Source of the DNA: the human T2T-CHM13v2.0 reference genome, Homo sapiens
NCBI RefSeq assembly: GCF_009914755.1
Contig: NC_060928.1
Direction: 5' to 3' (one strand)
DNA: 64,000 nt
Shown here: in pieces, positions 25,787 to 41,668 of the stretch
Numbering within the stretch: the stretch's first letter is position 1
How the letters are laid out: each line of letters starts with the position of its first letter
Position numbers and translations under genes: made by a program
Notes under the pieces: model-generated
Database searches by the model: none
Seen by the model: only the letters and a program-made list of their open reading frames with translations
What the model was told of the DNA's origin: nothing

Positions 25787-28369
25787 TTATAAGAGTTTGA
25801 AACCACCCAATGTCAGTGAATGAATGACAGCTCAAAGATATAGATTGTTGATTTTGTGTCATTTTTACATTACCATAAACATGTTGGTTGCCTTTGAGTG
25901 TCTGGGGGGGCATTTTTAAATTGGAAAACTTTCAAATTTGCTCATAAAGGTTATTTTATCCTGAACTCCTAAGAAGAATAGGAAATGGATACAAAGTTAA
26001 CTGAAGAACTCTAGCACTTCCAAATAAAATATCCATGACGTCCCCAGATAGTACTTGACCCTCATCATGTGTCTGAAAATGGCCAGCTTTGATGGGATTA
26101 CATTTGAATTACATAATTCTTTGAAGGCGTTTTACTGACATATTGAACTCTTGTGGGCAAGAGAAGGCCTCCTCTCTCTACCTTCCTCCTAGGCTGATGA
26201 ATGTCCCATTAAGGTGGTATGAGTTTTACATTTATGTCCCCACATGCTGGAATGAGGCCTAACTTCCATGCTGTAGATTAAGATGGGGAGGTGTGAGCTA
26301 ATAGGTAGATATTGTTGTTTGATGGGGGAAAAATTCCTTTCTCAAGTAAAGATATTTTTCTTTTTTTAGAATCATGGAATTTGAAACAGCCAAATCTAAA
26401 GACTCCATTTTGCACACACTTTGCTGAGGACAGATAAAACCCTTACGAGTTAATGAGAGAGAGTGGGTGATGGGTGATGTGGAAAGAGCTTGAGAATAGG
26501 AGCCAGGTGCTACAACAGTCTGGGTTCTGATTCCCAGTGGCAATCAGAGGAAAGCTGCCTGGGTCCCAAAGTGCTAACCCCCACTCAATAATCACATGCC
26601 CACAGTCAATTACACCAGAGGAAATGCCCACTCCTGATGGCTGTGTTGGGTTTTGGGGTCAGCTTATTCAGAGACTTCTGATCCCTCAGATTTTGGTGGG
26701 GACTCTGACATTCGGGTGGAAGCTTTCTGAGCAGAAACTACATAGCGGCTTCCAATAAGCTGGTTTCAGTCAGCACTGAGACTAGTCCCTTGTTTTGTTG
26801 TTTCCTGATAATGAGAACAGGGACTTGGGGTATAAATTCCTTTTCTCCCAGGAAGTTCAACCATTTTAGGAAATCTGTACAGGCACATGCCTATATGTTA
26901 ATAAAAAAATGCTGCCTATCTTCACTCACCATTCAGCATCCAAGTCCCCGGTGAATATGGTCAAGTTGTGAAAGATAACTTCCAAATCCACCACTGGGGC
27001 CACCATTGGCGCCAAGTGTAGGAAAAATGCACTTTTACATTTGAAATTCCTAGCAGACTCTTCCAGGAGAAGCAGCACATTTCACCGCAATGTGGCTACT
27101 CAGGTCTTCTCATCTAGCCGTCTACCTGCACACAATGGCCTGTGTAGAGCTTACAGCATCTTGTAGAGTCAACAATGACTGTAACACTGTAAAAGCCCAA
27201 GCTGGATTGACAGGAAAAAAAGCACTGTCTCCAACAGGACACAGGGAATATGATCACTCAGAGATAAGCCCACAATGTGAGGCATATGCAAAGACCAAGA
27301 ATGCAACTGTTCATTGAACAGATTACACAACATCTCCCTTATTTCTTTACTCCGGACCACTGAGTAAGATGATGAGCAGCTTTGTTGTACCTTCTACTTT
27401 TGTTGTTGCTGCTGTTCTTTTTTTAAAATTCTAGTTCCATGATCCTATTACATTTCTAAAACTCAGGAAACAAAGTACCAGGGTGACAGGAGAATAGAGT
27501 TGAAGTCACGTTTACTGACGGAAACCAGGAGTTTGAGCACTGCCAGTTATTAGCTATGTGACTTTGAGCCAGTCATTTAATCATCCCTGCAAACCAGAGG
27601 TGACGGTGTTAAACAACCCATGTGGTTGTTATATTAAATGAGATTATGTATAAGGAAGTGCTTGTAAAACGGAAAGCACTGAACAAATACTACTTGAGAT
27701 TATTGGTCAACTTGCAATGGAAAATGATTCTGTGTCCTTAAATCCCTTTGGCTTCCCTGGTCTCTCCTTTGGGATCACTAACTTCTAGTAGCCACAGCAA
27801 GGTGTGCCCAAGCATAGAAATAATCTCATCATCACCTACCATAGAAACAGTGGGAGAGCACACAGGCACTCAAGGACACACTCGTAGTAACATTTCTGGG
27901 CTTCACATCAAGTTGAAAATGCATGTCAAAAGGCCTGTGCTTGACCAAACTCTTTTTTCTCACTCTTCCCAGTACCTAAAAAGGATCATATAGTCCTAAT
28001 TAGGCCTAGAGAGGCCCACAAAAGAAAGTTGTTTCCAAGAGCTGTGGATTTATGGACTGAAAACTGTAGGCTACTGTGTATTTTAATATATTCAGAGAGA
28101 CAATTAAGATAACTTTAGTTATGGTTTTGGAAAACAGTCTGGGCAGCCTTCAACTGAACATATAGGCCCTCTCTGTCAAAAACCAACTGAAATGACATTT
28201 TTGGAATCAACTCACTCTGTTAAAAGCAACCAACCATCTGAAAACACTCAATGAATTGGAATAAAGTTGTACAAAGTTTTGTGATCCTCAGGAGAGGAAC
28301 AAAAGTTTGGAAGAAAACTTAGCTGCCAAACTGCAGAAACAGAGAACTCACAAGGAAGGGAGTTCAAGG

Positions 28370-28960
28370 GCCTACATGTGTGAAAAAGATATTCAGCTTC
28401 GCTGAACAAAGTAATGTCAGCGAAAACAACAACAAAACGCCATCGATGGGGATAAAAGTAAATTCCAACACTCAGTGTCAGCTAGGTTCTGTAAAAATAG
28501 GCACTCTTCTACCCTGTGGGTGGGAATGTAAATTGGTATAATCTTTTTGGATAGTGACTTTGGCCAGATCTAAAGTAAAACTTTAACTTTGTAACTCTGC
28601 TTCTAGAAATTTGTTCTAAGAAATTCATCATAGATTCTAAAAGTCATGAGTGAATGAAGATGTTCATTGCAATCTTATTTATCATAAAGAAGATGGGAAA
28701 AACCTAAATGTTCAATAATAGGGGAATAATTAAATAACTTGGGATATAGTTATTTATATTTAACATGTTATACAGTGTTTACATTTTATTATTTTGAACT
28801 GTATTTAATAACATGGAGAATCTTGTTCTATAATGTTAGTTATAATAAAGGAAGATGCAAAACTGCACACAGTGTGGAAAGCCTACCTAGGAAATCTACA
28901 TATAGAAAGAGTGAAGAGAATATAACATTAAAGATTGTTACCACTGTGTGGTAAGAATAT
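28370..28960 (+). mobile_element. Old L1M fragment
   Basis: ggtgggaatgtaaattggtata and gatgttcattgcaat...aacctaaatgttcaataatagggg. Confidence 0.6.
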
Positions 28961-29060
28961 TCACTGCTTCCATTTTCTTTATATATTTTTGTGTTTTCCA
29001 AATTACAGAAATTACATATAATTAACATGTACACATTATTTCAACAATTAATAAAAAGTA

Positions 29061-29355
<295 letters not shown>

Positions 29356-30019
29356 AATAAAAACGTAATTTTAAAAAGAGTAAATATTTGGTGTTCTCAA
29401 GAACACTTTCAACTGAGCTAGCTTTGAATGCAAATGGAGCCCCTACCTGCCCAGCAAGGAGGGAGAGGTCATTCCGACCTCTGCTCCTTTCTCCAGGAGA
29501 AATTCCAGCTGGAGCAGGAGAGGCATCATCAAAGTGAACACACAGGACTTCTAGTTCTGTCAACCATCAAAATTCTCTTGAATATGCACGACAAGAATTT
29601 AAAAGGAAGAGGGTGGGAAAAAAATCCCCTTCTAATATTTCTGCTCTTTTTCAAGTTTTTTTCACTCCCCGTCAGTTTAAATTCTGTTAAGTTTTATCTT
29701 TACCTTCTGTCCAATTGATAATCTGAAAATGAAGATAAAGAGACTGAGACATTCAGAATTTTCCCAAGAAAGTGAATTAAAATGGCCTGGGGAAGGCATG
29801 ACTGAAATCTCTTTCTATTTAGGTTTGAGATGAAGCTGTGTAGTTCTAGAGTTTAGTTGGACCTCTGTGAGTCTAGTTGTTTCTAGCTTTAGCTGATTAA
29901 AAAAAAAAGAGCTTTCTCTTTTCCACCAAATAGGAAATGACTCAAACCTTGTCCAGTACATCTAAAAGATAGGATAGAATTCACAACACGGTATCAAGAA
30001 GAAAACAGCTGGCTGACAT

Positions 30020-30475
30020 CGGTGCTGGATGTTTTCTGCTTGTCTCTCCAGATACACTTTACATCTCTCACTCTGCCCTCTGTCCAAGAAGACTGGCCAT
30101 TCTGAACTGCATCTAGGCCTCTGCCTCTAAATTCCAGTTCGGTTTGGCCAGTGGGAGCCATGGGCAGGAGAAACGGAAGGGCCTTGACATATTATTCCCC
30201 TGGCTCACTACATGCTGGGCTGGGGCTTGTCAGCGGCTTTATCCTGTAGGCAGCCTTTTCCAACAGCTGCAATTCTCTCTGGGCTCCAGCGACTGACTCC
30301 TGGCCCTTCCCTTCGTGCTTAGCAGCAGCTTCTGGGTGGTGCTGGCCCCTGGGTGCTTTATCATCCCTTGTTGATTTCCCTTAAACCTCACCAAACCTTT
30401 GTAAATTGTCCTTTTCTCAAACTCTCTTTAATTTCTCCTTTTGAATTTGCCATCTCTTTCCTGCCAGGACCCTGA
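30020..30475 (+). mobile_element. LTR33-like ERVL LTR
   Basis: ggtttggccagtgggag, and an end reading gccatctctttcctgccaggaccctga. Confidence 0.6.
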
Positions 30476-31206
30476 GCTTTAAAATCCTTATGGCACAGTT
30501 CAGCTTCATCCTGTGTCATGTCTACCTATGAGAATATCCTGATGGCACATTTGACGGAGCTCATGTTTCATAATCATTATGGTGAGTAGAAAGTTTGCAA
30601 GCATTTCATAGTGCGACAGTGGTCAGCTTTAGAACCCCATGGTCTACAATAGTGGATCTTAGCAACTGAGTTTTACAAAACACCACTGTGCCAAAACAGA
30701 GGTAAGCTAGAGTGATTTATTAGTAATAATGAAGAATTGAGTTTTCATTCGTAACAATGAAAAAATGTTTTTTATTAAAAACAAAACTAACAAGAGTAGA
30801 TGTGCTGTTTTTATAATTATGCCATTCTTACTCACAGACATTCCAGTGTGCTTTCTTGAGATAGAGGTAAAGGAGATAGGGCGGTCCAGCAAATGCACCA
30901 CAATTTGCCCATAAGCTGCATGAATCCATATACCAGTCCATAGAAGTGACCCTGGGAGCATGTACCACATGTGCTATCACTTATCTATATGTAGTGGTAG
31001 AAAAAAGCTGGAGAGCTATTGTTGGATCACATAACAATCCATTAAGGGAATGCTCTTGACTTGGTAGCTCTACTATTTGTCATCCAAATTTTCTCATCAG
31101 TCTGTGTAGTAATAAAATTACTAATATTTCACCAATAAGTGCCTTAGTTGCATCTTCTTATTTAATCCTTAAAACAATTCCCATTGTACTAATTAAGAGT
31201 TCATTG

Positions 31207-31593
<387 letters not shown>

Positions 31594-32899
31594 CTAGCTA
31601 GGGTATCTTGGGATAAATGTGAGCCAGCTAATATTTATATCACTGCTTCCCGCTGAGGCTATGACTAATAGATCTCAAACAGTGAATAGAAAAAAAAGTT
31701 CAAATCTCTTCCTCTGATCAATTTAACTCAATTAAATTGCTAGATCTTGAGGGTGCTGAGATGAATGAAACATAGTTCTGCCCTCCAGGAATCTGAAGCG
31801 TAGTTGGTAGACAGAGATATAAACAATTAATGATGGAACAGTAATAAAATATGATTAAAATGATAATAGAAACATGTTTAAAATTTAGTAGGAAAACAGA
31901 TGAGAGAGCAATTACTTTTTTAAGAGGTAGAGGGCTCTCATGAAAAATTATGTATTGAAGGTGACGGTTAAGCTTGACCTTGAGGGGTGTTTAGAAGTTC
32001 AACAGTGAAAGTGGTGGAGAAAGAGGTATTATAGGAAAGGACCCAGTAGGGGTCTTTCTTCTCATTCCTGCCAAAGGCTTAAAGTTTCCAGTTGTTATTC
32101 AGCATTGCATTTCCCATGACCTGACTAGATTTCTCACTCGTTCCTCTTTGGGTCTGAGGGATTAAAGTGCTATTGGAAGAGAGGCATTGGGAAAGGAGAG
32201 CTGGCTGGTTTTCCGTAAAATCCAACCAGTGGTCTTGGTCTCAGCAAGACCATGTACCAACCACCTGAGAAAACTAGCTAAATACCCCGAGTCTGAAATC
32301 AGACAGAAATGTACAATTGGAGATGTGGATCCCGCTGTGGATCTCGTTCATGGGGCCCGCCTCTAACTTGGCTTCACAGATAGCCTTGGAGACAACTATC
32401 TGTCAGAGATTCTTGTGGCCACATGGAGTTTGGATTATGAAAGTATTAGGAAAATATTAGGAAAGGAGAATTTATAGTAGAGATTAATCAACTCAATACT
32501 ATTACTCATAAGTATACTGTATTATATCAGACCAAGAAGAGGAAAGAAGATTTGGAAGATTGTCCAAGATGGCATAATGATTGATAGAGTTTACTTGACT
32601 GAGAAAAGCGGACTTTAAAATATGTGAGTCCTACAACTTCTTATCTTTGCCCCCAGACACATGCAAATTTTTTTCTTGCTAAGATCCAAAGACCTTATTC
32701 GCCACTGTCTTATGTCATCTGTCTTAAACCCTGGACTTAATATTGTCTCTTGTTCTTCCAAAGTGGTCAGTATAGATACCCTCAAAGCCTGACAAAGAGA
32801 CTAGTGGATTGGGTAAAAGGAAACCAAAATGAAGGTGGAAAAGAATATATTACTCTTTAAATAGAACCAGAAATCAAGTGCTGAGATCAGCTTGGCTTC

Positions 32900-34070
32900 A
32901 AAAAGTAATAGGATGCAGCAACAAAAAAGACGCAATACTTAAGAGTAAAATTAACAATAAATATGTACGTTTTATATAGGGAAAAAAACAAACTTTAAAA
33001 CACTCTGAAAGGCACAAAAATAGACTCGAACATATGGAAAGATATTCAGGAACATATCCCTGTCTTGATAGAATGACTTAGTATCATAAATATCATAAAG
33101 ATATCAGTTCTTCCCAAGTTAATGTGATCCCAGCAAAAATACAAATAAGCCTTTTTCTGGAGCCAGACAAGCTGATATTAAAGTTCATAGAGCAAAACAA
33201 AACAAAATCTAAAAAGCATGCAAGAATATTTGGGGAAACACAGGGAAAAAAAAATGCTACCTAACATCTATTATAATGTACGATATAAAACTTCTGTAAT
33301 TCAAGGTGTCGTTCTGGCACATGCATACACATTCAGACCAACAAAATAGAACAGAAAGCCCAGGAATAGACCCACATATGTGTGGAAATATAGTACATGA
33401 CAAAGGTGGTATCTACAATCACTGAGGCAAAAATTGACTTTTAAACAAATGGTGTGGGGACCACTAGACAACCATATACAAGAATAAACTCCACATGGAT
33501 CCAAAATGAAACCTGGCCAGGTGTGATGGCTCACGCCTGTAATCCCAGCACTTTGGGAGGCCAAGGAGGGATGATTGCTTCAGCTCAGAAGTTTAAGACC
33601 AGCCTGGGCAACATAGGGAGACCTCGTCTCTATTTAAAAAAAAAGAAAAACAAAATTAGCCAGGCGCGATGCATGCCTGTAGACCCAGCTACTCGGGAGG
33701 CTGAGGTGGGAGAATTGCTTGAGCCTGGGAGATCACGGCTGCAACGAGCATGCCACTGCACTCCAGCCTGAGCCACAGAGCAAGACCCTGTCTCGAAGAA
33801 GAAGAGGAAGAAGAAGGAAATAATGAAATCCACCAGTGTTAGGAGAAAATACGGGTGACTTTATAGCAGAGATGTGGGGAGATGCTATCTAAATACAACT
33901 CAAAATCCAGATGCAACAAAAAACCGATCATTTGAACCACCTAAAAGTAAGACCTATTTGCATGGGAAATTAAAAAAAAATAATGGCAAAGTCATAAGAT
34001 AACTGACAATTGGGAAAAAAACATTTGTAACATATATCACATAGGGCCAATACTCTTAAAATATAAAAAG
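32900..34070 (+). mobile_element. L1M ORF2 fragment interrupted by AluJ (about 33514-33820)
   Basis: gacaagctgatattaaagttcata, cagaccaacaaaatagaacagaaagcccag and aataaactccacatggatc. Confidence 0.7.
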
Positions 34071-35574
34071 TAGCAGGATGTGGGAGGTGAGAATGCTTCT
34101 CTAGTTTTTTCTTAGTTTATCATTTCAGTCTTCACTTCTGGGCTTTCTGTAAGGGCCACTGTAATTAGCTTGCTGTTGGGTTGGTCTGATTTAACATTTC
34201 ATGGCCACTTTGTTGTTATTTTTTGCTAACTTGTACTTTTACTCCTGGGGACCTGCTTGATTTATAAGTGTTTTCCCAGTTCACATTTTGCACTGGACTC
34301 TGCACCTGGTGTTTTCCCTGGGCGGGCAGCAATGACTGGTTTGCCGGGCTCTCATTTCGCTGAGGGTTCCCAGTGAGACCTGCGCCTGTGTGGGCGGCAG
34401 GGGGTTCAGAGAAGGAGGCTGGGTGGAAGGGCTCCTTTAGCAGAGATTAATACACTCCAAAATACACTTAGTTTACAGTCGTGGGGATTTCCAGGTGTTA
34501 CTAGACACAGAGAGTTCTTTATGGTATCCCAACAGGGATGGATAAGTTTTCAAAGGTGGGGGGGTAAGATAAACAAGTTTTAGGTCATAGATATCTAAAC
34601 CGGATCCTCATTTTCATCTTTGTTACTTGAGGAATCATAGTTGAATGCACAGAGACTTAATTTAATTGTCTTCAAATTCATTAAAGTGTCATGGATGGGC
34701 AACAGGAAGATAATGATATTCTGGAATCAGGGAATGTTCTGGAAAATTAAGGGAATGGTGCCCAGACTGCTTTCCACCCCTCACCCCCAATACCCTCCAT
34801 GTTACAGGGGGGGCAGCTTTAACCAGAGGTTCACACTCACATCAGGATAGAAGAATGCATTTCCTGGAAGTGCATTCTCGTAGAACTTTGGTCTGAGTTC
34901 TGAGCTGGACTGACTCACAATTAACCGGTAATTACTACTACAATAGCACTTTGCATTAGTAGAGAACTTTCTGTTTTTGAAAGCATTTCCACATTACTTT
35001 TCTCATTTGATCTTCACATGGCCCTGTGACACAGGCAGGGGAAGATATGTCTGCCCATTTTACAGATGAGGTAACGGGGGCTGACAGAGGTTAAGAGAGG
35101 TGGAGAGACAGACCAATGGAGGACTCTGGACTAAAAACCAGGGGACTTGGGATAGATTCCATCTGGCCATTCACCAGATGTCTTGAGCACATCTTGAGCA
35201 AGTCAGTTACATAAAGCTTTCTGAGCCTCCACCTCAGCTTCAGTTAAATGAGAGATTTGCACAAGGGGGTGGGTCCTTGAGGACCCTCCCAGTGTTACTG
35301 TTACAAGATTTTACCACTTACCTGACTTCACCAGGAATTAGTCAGTGGATGGGAAACAGAATACAAGACCCCTGAGCCACAAAGTCCTTCCCTGTCCTCT
35401 GCCCCACACAGTGCAGAACCAAGGGCTCACTTGGGATGGCGGGGAGTGTAGACTTTTTCCTTCAGCAGGCTACAGATGGAAGGAATGAGCTTTCCTGTCT
35501 GATTGCAGGAAATTTCTGAAGTTCATTTTATTTTCTTGTAATTTTCAATTCCTCCTATGTATTTTTTCATTAAC

Positions 35575-37620
35575 GTTTTCCAGCTTTATTGAAGTGTAAT
35601 TTACATACCATAAAATTCACCCATTGTAATCACGTAAATCAACGCTTTCAGTAAATGTATGGAGTTGTGCAGTCATCATCACTATCTAGGTTTAGAGCAT
35701 TTTCTTCACCCCAAAAAGTTCCTTTGTATCCGTTTACATTAGTCTCCATCCCCTTCTCCAGCCCCAGGCAACCACCAAGCTGCTTTCTGTCTCTATAAAT
35801 TTGCCTTTTTGGGGCCTTTCATATAAACGGAGTCATAGAGTATGTAGTTCTTTCCATCTGGCTTTTAAACGTAGCATTCCAAGTGATGGCAGCGGCAGCC
35901 GTCAGGAGCGGCCACTGTGAAGACGCTGGCAGCAGCAGGGGAGGCACGGCCAAGGCTGTAACTCCATGGAGTTGGCAGGAGCCGGGAACAGGCGGGAGCC
36001 CTGCCTGGGTCGGAGCTGGCGTGGCACGAGCCCTGCCCGCCTGGGTGCAGCCTCCCCCACAGGCTCGGAAATGCCTGCTCCTGCTACCTGGCCTGTATCT
36101 GTTCTTGGCGCCCGCTCCGATTTCGGAGAAAAGTTGAGGCCGAGTCCGGGTGCTGTGGTAACCTGGCCGGGTATGCGTGCGCTCGGGGTGGGGCTGACAC
36201 GCCAGCCCTTTGCCACCTCGGCCCCCTCCTGACTTTGAGCACTATCACAGAAGGTAGGCCAAGGGAGGGCCTGCCGGCTCCTCAGCTGTAGCAGCTTGGG
36301 TCCCATGATGGCAGCAGGAGGCAGACAGGCTTCTGGGCAGAAAGGGGCAGGTCCGGGCGAAGCCCCACCTTCAACTCAGGTACGGCCTGAAGTATGGGGG
36401 CCAGGCTCTCATTTCTGGATGGAATCTGAGGCCCAGATTAAGAACTTATGGTGCTTTTTCCAGGCCCACACATGGCTGCCCATGGACCAGTCAGCACACA
36501 CTTCCTCCCTCCTGAATCCCATAAAACCCCCCAGACACAGCCGCACTCACAGAGGCTTCAGGACTATCAGCTGCAGGAAGGAGCTACCCAATTCAGTTCT
36601 CCTCAACTCTTTGGGACGACCTGCCTATGGATAGGAGCTCCCCACTCTGGGTCTCCTGTCCACTGAGAACTGGACACTCCTCAGGACCACTTGCCTGCGG
36701 AAAGGAGCTACCCACTCTGGGTTTCCTGAGAGCTGTTCTGTGGCTCAATGAAGCTCCTTCAGCTTGCTCACCTCCAGTTATCCATGTACCTTATTCTTCG
36801 TGGAGGAAGGAGAAGAACTCAGGATCTGCCAACTGGCGGGACTGAAAGAGCTGTAACACAAACAGGGCTGAAACACGCTCCCCCACTTGCCATGTTGTGG
36901 GCTACAAGAAGGAGGGAAGAGCTGTGGCCCTTTGGGGACCCAGACCTAGAGGCTCCCTGAACCATGGCTGTGACACCATCTTTGGGGCTCTGGATTTTGG
37001 TGTCTCCAAACTTCCAGGCACCACTGCACTCCCCTCGTCCAGACATGTGTGCCCACAGTGGAAGCCACTTGTGGTGCATCAGATCCAGTTGCAGGCTTGC
37101 ACGAAGCTGGTGCCCGTGCTGTCACCTGGAGCTGCATGCCCCACTGCAGCAGCCGGAGTGCCTGGCTGCCTGCAGTGGCCAGACCCTGTGCTTGCTCCTT
37201 CACGCACCCTTCACCACTCCGGGCCTGGCTGCCCCTTGGCAGGCATGGGATCTGGGTTGATAGCGCTAGCCAAGTACAGCCTGCCAGGCCTGGTGGGCGG
37301 AATGAGCCCAGCAGGCCGGAGCAAAACTCAGGGAAAAGCACCACTGGCCATAGAGGTTTCTGGCTGGAAAAGCAACACCCGAAGAATCCTGTGACACACA
37401 GACTTACTTCCTTTTTATGGCCCAACAATATTCTACTGCATGGATATACCACATTTCACTTATTTGCATATCAGCTGATAAATAGTTCAGCTGATTCCAC
37501 ATTTTAGATATTATGAGTAATGCTGCTATAAACATTTGTGTACACGTGTCTGCATAGACATATATATATTTTTTCATTTCTCCTGGGTAAATTCCTAAGA
37601 GTGGAAATGCAGATTGTTTT
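35575..37620 (-). mobile_element. L1MB/ME 3' end split by the MER52-like LTR
   Basis: cagctttattgaagtgtaatttacataccataaaattcaccc ... ttcctttttatggc...taatgctgctataaacatt. Confidence 0.7.
35884..37396 (+). mobile_element. MER52-like solo LTR (GC-rich ERV1)
   Basis: Starts TGATGGCAGCGGCAGCCGTC and ends AATCCTGTGACA, about 1.5 kb. No clean TSD. Confidence 0.75.
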
Positions 37621-37739
37621 TTTAAGGTCTTATGCAGTGTTTGAATCTCCACCTTTAATTTTTATACTTGAATAAAAGATCCATAGAAAAATGTGTGGGA
37701 CAAGTAAATACATAATTTGCTTGTATTATACCTGATGGC

Positions 37740-38037
<298 letters not shown>

Positions 38038-38109
38038 ACCTGGTGGCTTTTATAAAAGTGTTATCAGTCTTAAAGTAAGACTATACAGTTTATAATCATA
38101 AATAAGGAT

Positions 38110-38528
38110 CTGTTATGAACTAAATTATGCCCCCCCCAAAAAATTCATATGTTGAAGTTCTATCTACTTAATATCTCAAAATGTGACAAATTCATAGGTT
38201 GAAGCCCTAACCCCTAATACCTCAAGGATGTGACTGTATTTGGAGACTGGGCTTTTAAAATGGCCTTTAAAGAGGTGATTAAGGTTAAACGAGGTCATAC
38301 GGGTGGAGCTTTAATTCAGTATGACTGATGTTCTCATAAGAAGGGCAGGATACACCCAGGATGTGTGTACAGAGGAAAGGCCATGTGAGGACACTGAGGA
38401 CATCTGGAAGCCAAGGACAGAGGCCTCAGGAGAAGCCAGGACCACTGGTATCTCGATCTTAGCCTCAGAAGGGTGAGGAGATAAGTTTCTGCTACTTAAG
38501 CCACCTAGTCTGTGGTATTTTGTTATGG
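38110..38528 (+). mobile_element. MLT1B-like LTR with a roughly 47-bp internal tandem duplication
   Basis: aaattcata(t/g)gttgaag...atgtgac occurs twice. The end reads gcaaactaata. Confidence 0.75.
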
Positions 38529-39032
38529 TAGCTCTAGCAAACTAATAGGTGTTCCTATATTTTAAGAAAGCTGCCTTTAAGTGCCATTGGCAGGGTGTTT
38601 CCATCACTCTAATCCCCTTCACATGTCGTATTCTCCATTGAGACCAAACACTCTGCTGTCCTTGGTGAATCTTTCACAGCCTCCCTTTATTCTGTCTCTT
38701 CCACATGGGTGGCCTCTCCCTGCATGACCCTGGATCATGGTCACATCTGCAGTTATTCCCCGCAGTGGCCAAAAGCCACATCCTCTGTGAGTACTGCCTC
38801 CCACTGGAAGCGAGTCTCTTCGGAACCCCCACCCTTTCATCTCTGCATTTCTATGACAGGAGCTCCCTCTACCCTGTGTGTCAGCTATCGGGTACAACTT
38901 ATCTTTATGCTGGACTAAGAATCCTTGTGGACAGGAAAAGTGGTGTTTGTATTTATTATCCTCCTAACCTAACCTCTGGCTCAATGCCTGACACAAAGTA
39001 AGAATTGTTTCAATTAATTAAAAATGAAAACT

Positions 39033-39367
<335 letters not shown>

Positions 39368-39468
39368 TCAAGCTACCAAGATACTTAGAAGTTTCAGAGC
39401 TTTATGAAGACATAAAATGCTAAAAGTGAAGTAAGGGTAGAAAAGGAATGCCTACCAATGTGGGAGTA

Positions 39469-39773
39469 GGCCGGGCGTGGTGGCTCACACCTGTCATCCC
39501 AGCACTTTGGGAGGCCGAGGTGAGTGGCTCGCTTGAGCCCAGGAGTTCGCAACCAGCCTGGGCAACATGGTGAAAACCCTTCTCTACCAAAAAAAAAAAA
39601 AAAAAAAATCCAAAAATTAGCTGGGTGTGGTAGCAAGCACCTATAGTCCCAGGTACTTAGGAGACTGAGGTGGGAGGATCGTTTGAACCCGGAGGTCAAG
39701 GTTGCTGTCAGCCAAGATGGTGCCACTGCATTCCAGCCTGGGCAACAAGTAAGACCCTGTCTCAAAAAAAAAA
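39469..39773 (+). mobile_element. AluJ
   Basis: Full dimer. TSD aatgtggga(g/a)ta. Confidence 0.88.
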
Positions 39774-40029
39774 TGTGGGAATAACAGAATACATACATTG
39801 GAAAGTCACTGCTAGTGACCATCAGCCAAGCCACTTCTCCACTTAAAACCTCAGCTTCCTTGTCCTCAAGTGCGAGAGTTGACCTAGCAAAGGATGTTCT
39901 ATGGCTAACGTGATATGTTTCTATAGATTATGATGAGTTCTGCAGGATTCCTGTTTTTGAAGTGCCTTTTTGAAGGGTGGAAGAAGTTCAAGGTCTAAAT
40001 TGTATTATAAGTCAATTAAATGAATCTTA

Positions 40030-40477
<448 letters not shown>

Positions 40478-41668
40478 TAAAAATTTTTTAAATGAACAAA
40501 TAAAATGAATTTTGAGTTTCTGTTTTCCCAGTAAAGCTTCTCTACTTCTCCAAATATATATACTTTAGAAGTGCTAGTCCATGCTTTCTGGGGGCCCAAA
40601 CCTTAAAGAAGGAAACAAGGCACAGGAACTCATGTTCCTCCTCCTTTTGACAATGAACAATTTTGAAGAGATGTGCGCGTGCGTGCACGTGTGCATACAC
40701 ACACACTCTCTCTCACACACAATCAGATTGAAACTATAGAGCATCATTTTCAAATCAAACTCCACCAGGAGAATGCTTTGTGTGGGAATTACACTATAAA
40801 ATAAAACACAAAAATTCCCCAAGTGACAAGAAAAAAAGAGCTTGTGTGGTAAACAACCCCAGAAGGGGCAAGTACTTCTGTGTAAGTGGCCTCTGACTTT
40901 CCTGGCCCAAGTTTTCACTTCTCCTTTGGGTTTCTTTAAGTTTTTCTTTCACTCTCCCTACTACACTCAGTCTCCAAGGATTTGTAGATTTTTATTTCTT
41001 TAGGCTGAGGCACAGACAAAAATTCTTTTCTTTTCCTCCCTTTGCTCAGCAAATTTCTGGAAAACAAAAAAACTGGGAGAGAGCAAGGGAGAAATGGAGG
41101 ATGGGGAGTGAGTACCACCTGGCTGAACTGTCAGCATATAGGCCTCTTTTTCCCAGGCAATTCAATCCCGACCCCAGGCTGGCTGGAACTGCTGGCCAGC
41201 CCATAGACCCTGGTCCTCTCCCTCCTCCTGTCTTTAGCTGGTCTATAACATTGTCTTCCTGCTTAAGGCTTAGTCCACCCAATTATCCTGCACCACCAAC
41301 GGCAGAGGAAGGCCAGTTATGTGGTCTTTAGGAAGTCCCCTAATCCTCTGGGATCTGCTACTGGGCTGGCTTTTAGCTTCTAGTGATAGCTCTTGTTTCA
41401 TTCACTTGAGCATCAGTAATGAACACTGCTAAAGCCCAACCCCGTTCAGTCTATTTCTCAACTTTCTGATTTCATGATTTCCAGCCATGAAAGTTATGAC
41501 AAAACTTGATTTCCTCTCTCCCTTACCCTGCTTTTCTTTCTCTCTATACATTTGACGGGAAGGGTCTCTTTGGTGGAATAAAAAGTCTGGAGATTTGTTA
41601 GTAAAATAATACACTGAAGTTAAAATAAGTAGATGGTCAACATTAGCAGGGGGAAAAAAAGCTTTTCA

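Noticed and set aside
27090-27317. 75-aa ORF in unique-looking DNA
   Set aside because: It has no recognisable domain or splice context. Its end (ISPQCEAYAKTKNA) only weakly recalls a decayed CR1/L3 RT, which is too weak to call.
35880-37400. TSD for the MER52-like LTR
   Set aside because: The flanks (caag versus caca) do not match and some host L1 sequence appears to be missing, so no TSD is claimed.
35883-37507. Many overlapping 100-170 aa ORFs (also 5157-5618 and 59222-59792)
   Set aside because: GC-rich LTR sequence is open in several frames on both strands and shows no domain motifs.
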